The notes: generated by a model not told the origin, from the letters alone. 63,493 bases of DNA, filler included, from Octopus bimaculoides (GCF_001194135.2; 5 parts of 5 records of this genome joined end to end with filler, not necessarily neighbours in it); one strand, 5' to 3'. Positions 47,831-62,945 are shown, counted from the whole stretch's first letter. Made by a program: numbers and translations.

Positions 47831-50660
47831 AGTCAGTTCGTTTTTCAACAGTCGAGAGATGATCTAGTCTTTCGCTCTTTCTCTCCAGAAATCGGCTTCA
47901 ATTTAGTTCACATTTAACTGATGTAGCGTCATTCTTATCTAATGAAAATGATAGACACACTCTCTTTTTTCTGTGCACTCAAACTAGTGCTGTAGATTTT
48001 ATAATGACGAGTCAGGTAGAAAGCGATCACATACAGATATCCGTCTCACACAATCTCAATTGCAATGGTGGATGCACAAAGTGTCACTTCGTATAATGCA
48101 AGGTCATTTACGCATTATAGAACTTCATTTTATCGATTAATTTACTGAGTTTCAAATAGCCCTTGTCATTACATCAAATCTTTGTTCAGAAACGAAAAAA
48201 TAGCTCTAGTCAAATAACGGAATTGGAACAAGAACGCTATATTATACCGAATTCACTCGGACCTCTATTATAGCTTCATAAAATAATATTACAATGAATT
48301 GAGCATAATAAAATTCAAATCCGAGTTACTCCTTCTCCAGTAGCAATTAATTTATTGACACACCTCCCAAGAGAAAATAATAAAAAAAAAACAGTGTAAG
48401 TACATAGAGAAATGCAGACACTCGAAAATGTATAAATCATAGTCCTCTTATAAAATAATCACCAAAGATATTGACTTCATTAGAAGAGTATAATGTTCAT
48501 TCGCCTTGACTATATCGAAAGTGGCTTCGATTTAAGAAGCAATTAATGTTAATGTGAGCATGTTTATCTGTCTCATAGGAGATCTGCACTGAAAATAAAA
48601 ACCACCTCTGAACATGTATACGCCCCATTGAAACTAAAATAATATAACAAAAATTAATGTCAATTATGATCATTATTCACTCCTTGCTGTTACTCTTCTG
48701 TAGTGATAATAGTGAGATTGACGACTTTGAAACTAATACTGAGTAACCTCTTACCTTCCCCTGCGTGAAGAAAAAATGGAATATTATATTGCACTAAATA
48801 AACGGAGAAACGTATTCAGTTACACGAAGGAAGTGAAAACAATTCACACACACACCCACATGCACACACACACACGTATATACACGTGGTTTTAGAAATA
48901 TACAATATATAAAAACATAAAATGTAAGAATTTAGTAGATAATTAGGCATTTAAGAACTTGATATCCATTTAATTACAATGAAACATGAAGTTCGAATCA
49001 ATTAACAGGATTTAAATTGGAATATTCATAAGGTCTTGCAGTAACTTTATTTGCATGTGTAGTTTCGTAGCTTGGTAACATTTAGTCCAGGAGATATTTA
49101 GTTTTGTTGTTACCATCTCTAAACTGTTGAATATTTTAGAATTCCCTATTTACGTATAAGGATTATTGGATTATGTTTCCGGCTAATCCAATAACGGCCA
49201 GGCGTGCCTCTTCGTGGTGTTTCGACGTGTTATGATGTGCACCAGCTCCCCCTTATAGTTTGTCTTCAGATCATGAAATAATAGACATAATCTTTGATGA
49301 TGCATTGTATAATGTATCTAAGAAAAATATTTGTAAGGTAATAGGCAGAATTCCCGTGAGCTGAGGTCGATTTAAATAGGCTTACACGAGATAAACAATG
49401 CAACAAACAGTAGCGATAGGCAAGATTGTTCCCTATGTCACTAAACAATAACTATATGTTGGCATAGGTATTATTATGTGTGCTTATTACCTCTCTCGAA
49501 ATATGGTAGGGGGGTGATAAATAAATACACGTAAGATATGAAGATCCTGCTTTTTAAATAGCTTGTATGTCTATTATATATTTACCCTGTGCTTAGAGAA
49601 AACGATTTGTTGCAGGTTTCGCAAATTTTTGTAGTAGGTTGAGATTCTCCTCTAATTCTATCGTTGCTTTTCAGTATCAATGAATATCCAAGAAATTCAA
49701 TAAAAATAATGTAAGTACAACAAAGCCAATGACTAAAATATTTACTGTTAAATACATAAGAAAGCAATAAGCTCTTTTTGAAATATTATTGTCTTTCGCA
49801 CAATATGCGTCGTTTATTACACGTTGGCCGTTTATTTCCATTATTAAATAACTCGTTAATTATAAGCAACATATAAAACCTTTGATTTAGTCCAAATCTG
49901 CTCGTCACTAGAAGACTTAGTCCTTAATTATCCGAGCCCACAGGTAAAAACAAAAATGGACAACAAATGAATATACGAAAATCAAAAGATGTGACTCTTT
50001 GACCACGAAATTTACTCCCACAAAATGGTGAAACACTAACGCTGTTGGTCATACGAGTAGTAGCATTCAGTTGCCTTACTTGTATTTTTTGCATGATATT
50101 TTACTTCACAAAATATTGGGTCAAATTTTTGTTGCATGGCATCAAAGATATGAAATTCCTCATGCTTTTTTTCTATCATTCAAACTAAGATAAATATATA
50201 TTGCTTTTAAGATAAAAACAAATATTTAGATCTAGGCTTGATTGGTGGCTTTACTTACTCACCTATAACATCGCGACAAATTTTGATGTAAACTTTTTTT
50301 TCTATTTGGCATTTGAATTTATAACTTGAATGTATACATAGAGGTTGAGACAGTTTTCTTGCCGGTTGTAGCACATGTTAGCCCCAAGTTAAGGTCTTGT
50401 TTTGATTTCTAGTTACAGGAATATTCCGCTCATGAGACAAATGGATCCCTTAATAGGTTCCTAATGTCGAAATTGCAATAGGGAATTAACCATTTATATT
50501 TAAGTTGTTGATTCTATTTGTCATGTCGCCCGCAGTTAGGTTTAATCGTGAAGATGCGGGATTTAACTGACTCTATAGCGGGTTTGACTGCAATTTCTAA
50601 CCATGTAAAGGTATTGAAACCCTCTTGGTTATAATTATGACTTGTTCATAATTATAAACA

Positions 50661-50758
50661 TTCTTCTTCTTCTTCTTCTTCTTCTTCTTCTTCTTCTTCT
50701 TCTTCTTCTTCTTCTTCTTCTTCTTCTTCTTCTTCTTCTTCTTCTTCTTCTTCTTCTT
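50661..50758. repeat. (TTC)n microsatellite
   Basis: Read directly. Confidence 0.95.
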
Positions 50759-50858
50759 NNNNNNNNNNNNNNNNNNNNNNNNNNNNNNNNNNNNNNNNNN
50801 NNTTAATTAATTAANNNNNNNNNNNNNNNNNNNNNNNNNNNNNNNNNNNNNNNNNNNN

Positions 50859-50894
<36 letters not shown>

Positions 50895-51366
50895 GGAGAG
50901 AGAGATAGAGCTACATAGATACGTACATACATACATATATACATACATACATGCACATACATACACACATACATACATACAAGCGACATATGTACATATA
51001 GTTATATAGAGAGAGAGGAGGAAGAGGAGGAGGAAGCGTAACTAACGTAGCTCTATAAATAGCATAGAGCTGTAAATTTAGCATGGAGATAGAGCGCACG
51101 TGAAATAAATTATGATAGTAACCTGGAATTAACAGTTAAATAGTTTTAAATCCGGCAATGACGTTTTTATCAATTACATCATTCCCATGATCCCTTGTAA
51201 TAGCAATAATAACAATGACCCTTTCTTCTATAGGCACATGGCTTGAAATTTTAAGGAGAGGATTAATCAATTATATGGACCCCAGTGTGGCTGTGTGGTA
51301 AGCAGCTTGCTTACCAACCACATGGTTCCGGGTTCAGTCTCACTGCAGTACCTGTCTCTCTTTCTC

Positions 51367-51411
<45 letters not shown>

Positions 51412-53050
51412 NNNNNNNNNNNNNNNNNNNNNNNNNNNNNNNNNNNNNNNNNNNNNNNNNNNNNNNNNNNNNNNNNNNNNNNNNNNNNNNNNNNNNNNNN
51501 NNNNNNNNNNNNNNNNNNNNNNNNNNNNNNNNNNNNNNNNNNNNNNNNNNNNNNNNNNNNNNNNNNNNNNNNNNNNNNNNNNNNNNNNNNNNNNNNNNNN
51601 NNNNNNNNNNNNNNNNNNNNNNNNNNNNNNNNNNNNNNNNNNNNNNNNNNNNNNNNNNNNNNNNNNNNNNNNNNNNNNNNNNNNNNNNNNNNNNNNNNNN
51701 NNNNNNNNNNNNNNNNNNNNNATATATATATATATATATATAAGTATATGTATACGAGACAAGTTTCTTTCATCTCCCGCCAACCTCAACCTAATCCACT
51801 CAAAAGGCTTTGGTCAGTATCAACGCGGTAGAAGAAAACACCTGCTCAGGTTGTCACTCATTGAGATTGAGACCGTAACCATATTAAGCAAGGGAGATAA
51901 CTCAAAATTCCATAAAAACTAATCGAGATGTTTGGTAAATACAGACGACAAAGAAAGGAATGGATTTTGTCTTGAAGGTCTGTCGCCCTTGTGTTGTCAA
52001 TATCCCTTTTAAGTTTTCAGAGTTCAAATAGTACCGACGTCGATTTTTGCCTTTCATCTTTCTAGGATCGATAAAATAAAAGTATCAGAGAAGTACTAAT
52101 ATCGATTACCTCTTGCGTCCACAGCCCCCGACAGACTCACATTTTAATGTGTTAATGTCGTACATATGTAAGAAATCAATACTAATGAAGACGACGACGA
52201 CGATGATGATGATGATGATGATGAGGAGGAGGAGGAGGAGGAGGAGGAGGAGGAGGAGGATTATGATGATGAAGATGAGGATGATGATGATGATGATGAT
52301 GAGGATGATGATGATGATGATGANNNNNNNNNNNNNNNNNNNNNNNNNNNNNNNNNNNNNNNNNNNNNNNNNNNNNNNNNNNNNNNNNNNNNNNNNNNNN
52401 NNNNNNNNNNNNNNNNNNNNNNNNNNNNNNNNNNNNNNNNNNNNNNNNNNNNNNNNNNNNNNNNNNNNNNNNNNNNNNNNNNNNNNNNNNNNNNNNNNNN
52501 NNNNNNNNNNNNNNNNNNNNNNNNNNNNNNNNNNNNNNNNNNNNNNNNNNNNNNNNNNNNNNNNNNNNNNNNNNNNNNNNNNNNNNNNNNNNNNNNNNNN
52601 NNNNNNNNNNNNNNNNNNNNNNNNNNNNNNNNNNNNNNNNNNNNNNNNNNNNNNNNNNNNNNNNNNNNNNNNNNNNNNNNNNNNNNNNNNNNNNNNNNNN
52701 NNNNNNNNNNNNNNNNNNNNNNNNNNNNNNNNNNNNNNNNNNNNNNNNNNNNNNNNNNNNNNNNNNNNNNNNNNNNNNNNNNNNNNNNNNNNNNNNNNNN
52801 NNNNNNNNNNNNNNNNNNNNNNNNNNNNNNNNNNNNNNNNNNNNNNNNNNNNNNNNNNNNNNNNNNNNNNNNNNNNNNNNNNNNNNNNNNATACATACAT
52901 ACATACATACATACATACATACATACATACATAAGCAGAGCGATACATAAACATACAAGCAGCCTGTCACCTTCGACTAATATATACATTCATGTGAGGA
53001 TAGGACTCCAGCATAAGCTAAATTCGTTCTGACGAATAAAAAACAAACTG

Positions 53051-53096
<46 letters not shown>

Positions 53097-53162
53097 CGTA
53101 ATCCATGTCGTTTTCTTATTTCATGCTGTTTACGTTTTGTGACGTCCTCTTCCTATATATGC

Positions 53163-53194
<32 letters not shown>

Positions 53195-53299
53195 AAGTAT
53201 GTACATATATGTATGTATGCATATATGCAAGTATATATATAACTTTTATTTATATTGTATACGATTCAATGCCACGCATCCATAGATAGATAGATAGAC

Positions 53300-53335
<36 letters not shown>

Positions 53336-53811
53336 TATATATATATACATTTGTGCATGTACACACACACATATACACACGCACACACAAACACATACGT
53401 GCACGCTCAGGTACGCGCGCGCACACACGCACACACACACACACACATGCGTGCACATGCACACACACAAGCACGCATATGCAGGCACGCGCATTCACAC
53501 ACACGCGGGCGCATACACACACAAACACACTCAGACACTTATATATATCAATATGTAATACGTAAAGACATACATTGATACAGGCACTCACATGTAAACA
53601 TACACACAGATTCAATTTGCTACTAACATACCTCTGTAATATACATACGTACTTATACACACGTTGTGAAATATACATTCACTTTTGGAGCTGTCACGCA
53701 GAGAATTACTCGTATACGCGCGAAACTAACATGTGTTTCTAATACAAATGCACGAGTGAAATCATACACCTGTAGCTATCCTGGTTGTTTAATATACATC
53801 CATCCACGGAA

Positions 53812-54235
53812 GGCGGTGAGCTGGCAGAAACGTTAGCACGCCGGGTGAACTGCTTAGCGGTATTTCGTCTGCCGTTACGTTCTGAGTTCAAATTCCGCCG
53901 AGGTCGACTTTGCCTTTCATCTTTTCGGGATCGATAAATAAGTACCAGTTACGCACTGGGGTTGATATAATCGACTTAATCCCTTTGTCTGTCCTTGTTT
54001 GTCCCCTCTGTGTTTAGCCCCATGTGGGCAGTAAAGAAATAAGAAACGTTAACACACCGGGCGAAATGCTTAATGGTATTTCGTCTGTCTTTACGTTCTC
54101 AGTTCAAATTCCGCCGAGGTCGACTTTGCCTTTCATCCTTTCGGAGTCGATAAATTAAGTACCAGTTGCGTACTANNNNNNNNNNNNNNNNNNNNNNNNN
54201 NNNNNNNNNNNGGCCTTGTGCCTAGAGTAGAAAGG
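53812..54235 (+). mobile_element. Two tandem SINE family B copies
   Basis: Repeated GTTAGCACGCC..GTTCAAATTCCGCCGAGG. Confidence 0.85.
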
Positions 54236-54380
54236 AAAAGAATATACATTCATACACGGAGTAAGACTCTGATAAATTATTGTAGCTTTTATGTGTATAT
54301 AATATACATACATAAACACAGATCACATTGAACGACTTCTCTATATACTTTTGTCTTTATAATTACTCGGTTGCAGTGAT

Positions 54381-54550
54381 ATTTCTTTACTACCCACAAG
54401 GGGCTACACACAGAGGAGACAAACAAGGACAGACAAACGGATTAAGTCGATTATATCGACCCCAGTGCGTAACTGGTTATTATTTAATCGACCCCGAAAG
54501 GATGAAAGGCAAAGTCGACCTCGGCGGAATTTGAACTCAGAACGTGGCGG
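54381..54550 (-). mobile_element. SINE family B, inverted relative to 53865-54040
   Basis: Close reverse complement, including the TTTGTCTGTCCTTGTTTGTC tail variant. Confidence 0.85.
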
Positions 54551-54696
54551 TACATACATATGTAGCTATCGCATTACTACAATATATACCCTCTTGTACA
54601 ATATATACCCTCTTGTAAAGCTGTCACTTCTCTGTAACATACACGCACTGCTACACAGTGACCTAGTGACACAGATATAAGTTTCACATCTCTATA

Positions 54697-54774
<78 letters not shown>

Positions 54775-54775
54775 G

Positions 54776-54814
<39 letters not shown>

Positions 54815-55501
54815 GACATACTCACACACAGCGACATATAGCCGTCACATGTTTATAATATACACCATGTTACACAGTAACACAGATGTAGGTTTTTACA
54901 TCTCTGTAATACGCACACATACACTCACACACGTAGAAACACTGAGAGCAGCACACCCACACACGCACACACACACACACACTCACACACACATTGACTG
55001 ACATGTAACATGCACATCTCTATAATATACACTCTGTTACATGGAACGCCGGTGTTACATCTCTGTAATATACATATGTACTCACACAAGGAACGGCACA
55101 CACACATAACTGTCACATCTCTATTCTGCGATACGCACACACTTACACAAAGCCTGGGTCAAAAAGTGTCACATATATTGCTATCATGTCACCATTACAT
55201 GCACACAGTTACATGGCGGTACACACGTATATAGCTGTCACAGACCTCTGATATATACATATTGTGTTATACAGGAAGTGAGACGTATGTAACTGTGATA
55301 TCACTCTATCATACATATTTTACATATATCTCTTGTATGTTTGCACACAGAAAAATCAGAGGGTGCGTGTACGTAGATGGGCGAGATCTCTAACGTAAAC
55401 ACTGTTTTACAGCGACGTGTACATAGTCGTGGCATCCGTCTCTTGTTATACACGCAGTTACACAACAACACATAGGTAGTTGTCATATATCGTTTGTATG
55501 T

Positions 55502-55544
<43 letters not shown>

Positions 55545-56420
55545 TACACACACAGCTACACAGAGAGTGATATACAAGAAGGTTTCAAATCTCTCTAATA
55601 TGCACGCTATTATACCGTGACGTGAAAGCAGCTGTGATATTTCTCTATATCATACAGAGGTACATAATAGCACATAAAGCTGTCGTATATCACAAGTATA
55701 TAAACACAGCTACTTTTATGATAGTCTCTCTATATAGAGACTATCACGAAAGTAGCTCTCAGATTTCATACACACACACACAGACTATTACACAGCGATA
55801 TGTATATTAACTGCGGTAACTCGGTCTTCTATACACATATAGATACACAACGGATATACAGTTGTTTGATCTCTTGTACACATACTGCGATATAGCGATA
55901 AGTATGTAACTGTGATATCTATCTATATAATACACAGCGTTACACAAAATCTCGCGTAGTCGCCATATGTCCAACCCTAGTATAAATACACACACAGTTA
56001 CACAGAGAGCGGAACGTTTGTAGGTGTCACTGTTATCTTCCTGTGCACACTAACAGACTGTCACACAGTTGGCGTACTCACGTGACTCTATCAAACCTAT
56101 CAACGACCATTTAAAGAAGTTGAAAGCTCAATACTTTGGCTCAGTAATTTGAGATAATTATTTGATGACACGACTTTCATAATTAGTTCGTGTATATGTA
56201 TGTGGTTGTCACAGCTCTGTATGTGTGTGTTTGTGTAAATGTTGTTTGTGCGCATGTGTGTTTGTGCCATGAAGATGACTGTATACAGCAGAGCGAATGT
56301 ATGTGTAGGTATATGTGCATGGCAATATATATTTGTATCCCGCTATCTGCATATTGTTATACGTTTGTGTATGTATGTATGTATGTATGTATGTATGTGT
56401 TTATGTGGTGCATATGTATG

Positions 56421-56500
<80 letters not shown>

Positions 56501-56674
56501 TATGTGAATATATATGTATCTGCATATATGTATGTGCATATATATATATATATGTGCATATATATGTATATATGTATCTATGTATGTATGTATGTGTATT
56601 TGTGTGTGTAGGTATGTATGCATATGTATATGTGTATGTAGGTATGTATGTACGTACGCACACATTGATGTATG

Positions 56675-56706
<32 letters not shown>

Positions 56707-57414
56707 GGTATGTATGTAAGTACGTACGCATTGCTTCATGTATTTATGTATATATATATATATATAACTTTGTACAGTTTTGTATAGATACGTAGCTAAC
56801 CACTGTGTGTACGTATTTGTGTCTGTGTACTACATTGTGTGTCTGTGTGTGAGTGTATATATATATATATATATATATATATGTGGATGATTACTACACT
56901 GTATGTGTGGCTACGTATGTTTATCTATACATATATCACTGTGTGTATGCTTATGCACTATAGTGTATGTGTGTTAATCTAGTTATGCATGTGGTTGTGT
57001 AACGCAGTGCGTGAATTCTTCCGTAGTTCTGCAGTGAGAAGTGCGTATGTGTCTACGTGTGTGTATCTGCATGTGTTTGTGCGTAGCAGTGTACTATAGT
57101 ATGTGTATGTATGGTTATCTCTACAATGTGAATATATTTGTGGTTATGTACTGCGGTATGCGAATACGTCTGGGTTTGTTGTGCTATGTATGTATATATG
57201 TGTGTANNNNNNNNNNNNNNNNNNNNNNNNNNNNNNNNNNNNNNNNNNNNTTAATTAATTAANNNNNNNNNNNNNNNNNNNNNNNNNNNNNNNNNNNNNN
57301 NNNNNNAAAGACAGAGAGATACATACAAATACACAGGCACACAGACAGACAGACATACTGACTGACTAACAGACAGAGAGACAGTTTGGCTGAGAGAGAG
57401 ACAGACAGACACAC

Positions 57415-57478
<64 letters not shown>

Positions 57479-57596
57479 CCGTTCAGCGTTGCTAGTTTTA
57501 AGTCGTAAAAGTAACTTTTATTACTTATAAATATTTAATTGATAAACCTTTCTTACTCTGTCTCTCTCTGTCTCTCTCTCTCTCTCTGTCTCTGTC

Positions 57597-57641
<45 letters not shown>

Positions 57642-57654
57642 GTCTCTCTCTGTC

Positions 57655-57698
<44 letters not shown>

Positions 57699-58116
57699 TC
57701 TTTATCAAATTGTTTTGTCGTTTCTCCGAGTGACACGACGCCATTTGCCAGGTTTAGCTAATATTTTACATTAATTCAATTATGCAGGATTAGTAGCTGA
57801 TACCGTGGACACTGCTTTCAACCTGTTGCATTTACAATTGACATGTGTTTGCAGTTTTATTTTAAATCAATTTTTACTTGTTTTACTTTCTACTTATTTA
57901 TTTATTTTATTATAGATACAAGTACTTCGTTCAAACATGTATGTGTGTGTCTGTGTGTGTCTGTGTCTGTCTGTGTGTGCGCACGCGCTTTTATTCGTTC
58001 GACTAGTGGAACGAGTTCACCCCACTACTGTTAATTATTTTATTGGTTTCTTCTACCGAGCCGCTAAGTTATGGGTACGTAAGCTAACAACGGTTGTCAA
58101 CTGATGGCGCAGGACA

Positions 58117-58169
<53 letters not shown>

Positions 58170-58877
58170 AAAGATATATACATGTATATATATATTCATC
58201 TTTCAGCTTCCTTCAACGAAATCCGCTAACAAGGCTGTAGTCGGCCCGGATCTATAGCAGAAGACACTTGCCCAATGCGCTACCCAGTGGGACTGAACCC
58301 GGAACCAAGTCGTTGGGAAGCAAACTTCTTATTACATAGACAATAGATAGATAGATTGATAGAATATACATACANNNNNNNNNNNNNNNNNNNNNNNNNN
58401 NNNNNNNNNNNNNNNNNNNNNNNNNNNNNNNNNNNNNNNNNNNNNNNNNNNNNNNNNNNNNNNNNNNNNNNNNNNNNNNNNNNNNNNNNNNNNNNNNNNN
58501 NNNNNNNNNNNNNNNNNNNNNNNNNNNNNNNNNNNNNNNNNNNNNNNNNNNNNNNNNNNNNNNNNNNNNNNNNNNNNNNNNNNNNNNNNNNNNNNNNNNN
58601 NNNNNNNNNNNNNNNNNNNNNNNNNNNNNNNNNNNNNNNNNNNNNNNNNNNNNNNNNNNNNNNNNNNNNNNNNNNNNNNNNNNNNNNNNNNNNNNNNNNN
58701 NNNNNNNNNNNNNNNNNNNNNNNNNNNNNNNNNNNNNNNNNNNNNNNNNNNNNNNNNNNNNNNNNNNNNNNNNNNNNNNNNNNNNNNNNNNNNNNNNNNN
58801 NNNNNNNNNNNNNNNNNNNNNNNNNNNNNNNNNNNNNNNNNNNNNNNNNNNNNNNNNNNNNNNNNNNNNNNNNNNNN

Positions 58878-58917
<40 letters not shown>

Positions 58918-59270
58918 TGTGTGTCTGTGTGTATGTGTGTTATAAACACATAGGTATACATAATATATACAATGCCTGGTTCAGGCAGATTAAATGTCTT
59001 TATGCAAGTACACCTGTACACCTTGTTGCAGCCAGCTAATAAACTGTATTTGCTTAGCCTACCTGTAGCTAATACTGCTCCCACTACCGTTATCACCTAC
59101 CTCACACCGTCTCTTTCGTCATCACATGACAGCCTCATCGTCTCTCTCTATCTCTATCTCTCCATCATTGTCTCTCTCACCCTATCTTCATCTATCTATC
59201 TATCTATTTATATATCTATCTATCTATCTACCTATCTATCTGTTTGTCTGTCTGTCTCTTTCTCTCTCTC

Positions 59271-59309
<39 letters not shown>

Positions 59310-59771
59310 GTATATANNNNNNNNNNNNNNNNNNNNNNNNNNNNNNNNNNNNNNNNNNNNTTAATTAATTAANNNNNNNNNNNNNNNNNNNNNNNNNNNN
59401 NNNNNNNNNNNNNNNNTATATATATATATATATATATATCAACAATGGATTCCATTATAACGACAATACTTTCGTGAAACGATTGTAAGATGCATTAATT
59501 AACAAATTTTTAAACTGTCATGTTTCATATATTTACATATAATTTTAATACAATACTATTTTAGACATATATATCTTCGTGAGAAATTTTTTTGATATTA
59601 AATTTCATAATATTATTTCAAAATACAGTATATATAATCGCTCGTATTAATGTCTAAATACTTTATAGTATTAATATTTTTGACATTTTATACAGAGAGA
59701 ACTCATTATAAATTCAGTGTATAATATTCTAACAGAATATATTTAATTAATGATATATATATAATACAAAA

Positions 59772-60853
59772 ATGGGACAAGAAAACAAGGACGGGTCATT
59801 CGGAGTTTTCTTTCCTCAGTCGAGTTCCAGATTATCTTTGCAATTTCGGCTGGTTANNNNNNNNNNGTCATTCGGAGTTTTCTTTCCTCAGTCGAGTTCC
59901 AGATTATCTTTGCAATTTCGGCTGGTTATACTCGAGATTGCTCCAATCTGGCCAGCCCCAAGGAAAAACTAAGCTAAGAGCATTAGATTCCTTGGAAGAA
60001 AACAGCGAATGTATACGAAAACACGGTCGGAAAAAACTGAGAAATGTTACACAAATACAAAGGCAATTAACAGAATATAACAACAGGTGTCTTTCGACAA
60101 AGAACAAATTAAATTAAGCTGGTGTGCGTGGAAGTAAAGCCTTACGGCAGAGACAGAAGATTTAACAGGCGAAGAGAGAAATATAGATGTTGTACGGATG
60201 GTAATCGAACCAAGCAAGAAAGGTCAGGCCTGGCCGAACACCGGTCACGTGGGGAGAGAAGCGAGAGAGGTAGAGGCAGAGGGATAGAAGAAATAATGAG
60301 GGGCGAGAAAAAAGGAAAGAGGCACAGTGAAGGGAAAGAGGGAAAGTGAGCATGAAGAGAAGGCTAGGAAATGTGAGAGAGGGGGAACGAAAGAACGAAG
60401 AGTGGAATGAATGAAATGTGAAAGGGCTGATAGAAAGGAAAGAATGTAAGAATACAAAGAATGATAGAGTCGTACAAAATTTAGATATATATATACTTAC
60501 ATATAGGAGACCAAAGTGTACGTACGCCGCTATATTTTATTTGCAAAACATACAAAAATGGGACAAGAACGCAAAACATCCAGACAGGTGATACAAAAAA
60601 GGGACAACAAAACATCCAGACAGACGATACAAAGAAAACAAGGACGGGTTATTCCGATTTTTCTATCCTCAGTCGAGTTCCAGATTTTCTTAGCAATTTC
60701 GGCTGGTTATACTCGAGATTGCCTCCAATCTGGCCAGCCCCAAGGAAAAACTAAGCTAAGAGCATTACAAAAAATGGGACAAGAACGCAACAGGTGACAA
60801 GACATCCAGACAGTTAGATGATACAAAACGGGACAAGAAAAAAACAAGGACGG
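59772..60853 (-). mobile_element. Tandem partial copies of the Penelope pseudo-LTR-like repeat
   Basis: CAAGGACGGGT..CTCAGTCGAGTTCCAGATT..AAGAGCATTA repeated at about 59785, 60640 and 60840. Confidence 0.5.
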
Positions 60854-61376
60854 NNNNNNNNNNNNNNNNNNNNNNNNNNNNNNNNNNNNNNNNNNNNNNN
60901 NNNNNNNNNNNNNNNNNNNNNNNNNNNNNNNNNNNNNNNNNNNNNNNNNNNNNNNNNNNNNNNNNNNNNNNNNNNNNNNNNNNNNNNNNNNNNNNNNNNN
61001 NNNNNNNNNNNNNNNNNNNNNNNNNNNNNNNNNNNNNNNNNNNNNNNNNNNNNNNNNNNNNNNNNNNNNNNNNNNNNNNNNNNNNNNNNNNNNNNNNNNN
61101 NNNNNNNNNNNNNNNNNNNNNNNNNNNNNNNNNNNNNNNNNNNNNNNNNNNNNNNNNNNNNNNNNNNNNNNNNNNNNNNNNNNNNNNNNNNNNNNNNNNN
61201 NNNNNNNNNNNNNNNNNNNNNNNNNNNNNNNNNNNNNNNNNNNNNNNNNNNNNNNNNNNNNNNNNNNNNNNNNNNNNNNNNNNNNNNNNNNNNNNNNNNN
61301 NNNNNNNNNNNNNNNNNNNNNNNNNNNNNNNNNNNNNNNNNNNNNNNNNNNNNNNNNNNNNNNNNNNNNNNNNNNN

Positions 61377-61415
<39 letters not shown>

Positions 61416-62183
61416 TGATCATCTATAAGTTTTACTAATCGAGTAGAATGTACTTCACTGAAGAGGTGAAAAAAACCCGAAACAAGTGTGTCGCTTACAC
61501 GAGTTGGCTCTACAAATAAGAGCTACTTATATCTGCAACGTCTTTGCCATTCAAAAACATTAATTCGTCGATCTTAATAGAGTCACCTCCTTTGCTTGCC
61601 GGTTTTCAATTCTGAACATCTTTAGAGGGGGTATTTGTCAACAAAGATTATTCCATTTCTCCGTCTTACATATGTAGGAGCCTAGTGTAAATATATTTAG
61701 TATACAGACTGCGCCATCACCACCACTACCTCCCCTCTTTAGATATTTCTCTTGATCAGATTGTAGATGAAATATAAAGTCAGTTTTGATTACATTTTCA
61801 TTCTGCAAGTTCAGTTACTTTTGTTTTGGTTTTTTTTTTTTTTTTCGTTTTTGTTACAAATCTGTTGAATTTGTTACCGACTAAGAAAGAACCTGCGCTA
61901 AGTGCTGTGCAGATTTTTACCTACGTCACTAAGTCTACCTATTGTCGATTTGTACAACGATAAAACAAAAATAAATGGAGAGTGGAAGAATAATATAGAA
62001 TACATGAGCTAAATGAATAAATAAATAGACGAATAAATAAATAAATGAATAAATAAATATACAAACAGATAATTCGAAAAGCAAAACAAACAAAATTTGG
62101 TATTGCATATCAATACTTTTATATGCTTTACATTTCGCTATAAACATTGAGTGAGCATTTGAATACAATGTATTAGTTATAAA

Positions 62184-62231
<48 letters not shown>

Positions 62232-62335
62232 TGCGTAATTCTTTCGTAATGGTATTCAAAAGATATTTATAGCTCAACATTTTTNNNNNNNNNNNNNNNN
62301 NNNNNNNNNNNNNNNNNNNNNNNNNNNNNNNNNNN

Positions 62336-62373
<38 letters not shown>

Positions 62374-62650
62374 GCTTATAATGTGAATTTATCACTTAAC
62401 TTCAGTGCCTGAGGTATCATTCTAAATTTACGACATAGGCAGACGATCACTGCACATTTTTTATAATAGAGATATTTTCATATCATTGATTCATCTCAAA
62501 AGCTTTATCAGTTTCATTCTCCATCTCTGTTACACAACATAGTTCGTTTGACTTGGTCGAATCAATTGTCGTCTCTTCTTTGCAATTTCGACTTCCTACT
62601 GATCACCTGGTTGCGAGTTCGATCCTTCTGTTTTAGACAGTATTCTAGAT

Positions 62651-62945
62651 ATGGGGTTTTCAAACTTTTTGACTTGCGGACCCCTTTATATTTCAGGTTT
62701 TACCTTAGGGACCCCTTTATAAACGCTTATGAAATTTATACATAAATATTTGCTTAAAATAGCATATTTTTACATTTATTTATTTAACAGCATTTAACAA
62801 ATAGGTTTATTGTCCATTAAAAGATCTCGATTAAAAAACATATATAAAATCAAATTGCCCATAAAAAGTATTTGCTGTCCACGGACCCCCTGTTTTGTCC
62901 TTGCGGACCCCCTGTGGTCCGCGGACTACAGTTTGAAAACCCCTG
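62651..62945. mobile_element. hAT (Charlie-type) MITE
   Basis: TIR GGGGTTTTCAAACT / AGTTTGAAAACCCC and a perfect 8-bp TSD TTCTAGAT (62643-50, 62946-53). Confidence 0.9.

Larger units (their letters stand above)
50860..59440. repeat. Microsatellite-dense block: (TA)n, (CA)n, (ACAT)n, (AGAT)n, (CT)n, (GAT)/(GAG)n, with SINE remnants at 51281, 51750, 52010 and 57990
   Basis: Read directly; most contig breaks fall in these tracts. Confidence 0.9.

Noticed and set aside
59790-59830. Minus-strand CTGAGGA..CCGAATGA as a hammerhead
   Set aside because: Position 15.1 is U rather than A, and stem II and stem III cannot be built properly in any of the three copies.
59796-59930. Exact tandem duplication of about 60 bp around a 10-N gap
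   Set aside because: Typical unmerged contig overlap.
13791-61438. Dozens of long ORFs dominated by X or by YI, CV, HT, SL and RE repeats
   Set aside because: They stay open only because they cross N-gaps or microsatellites.
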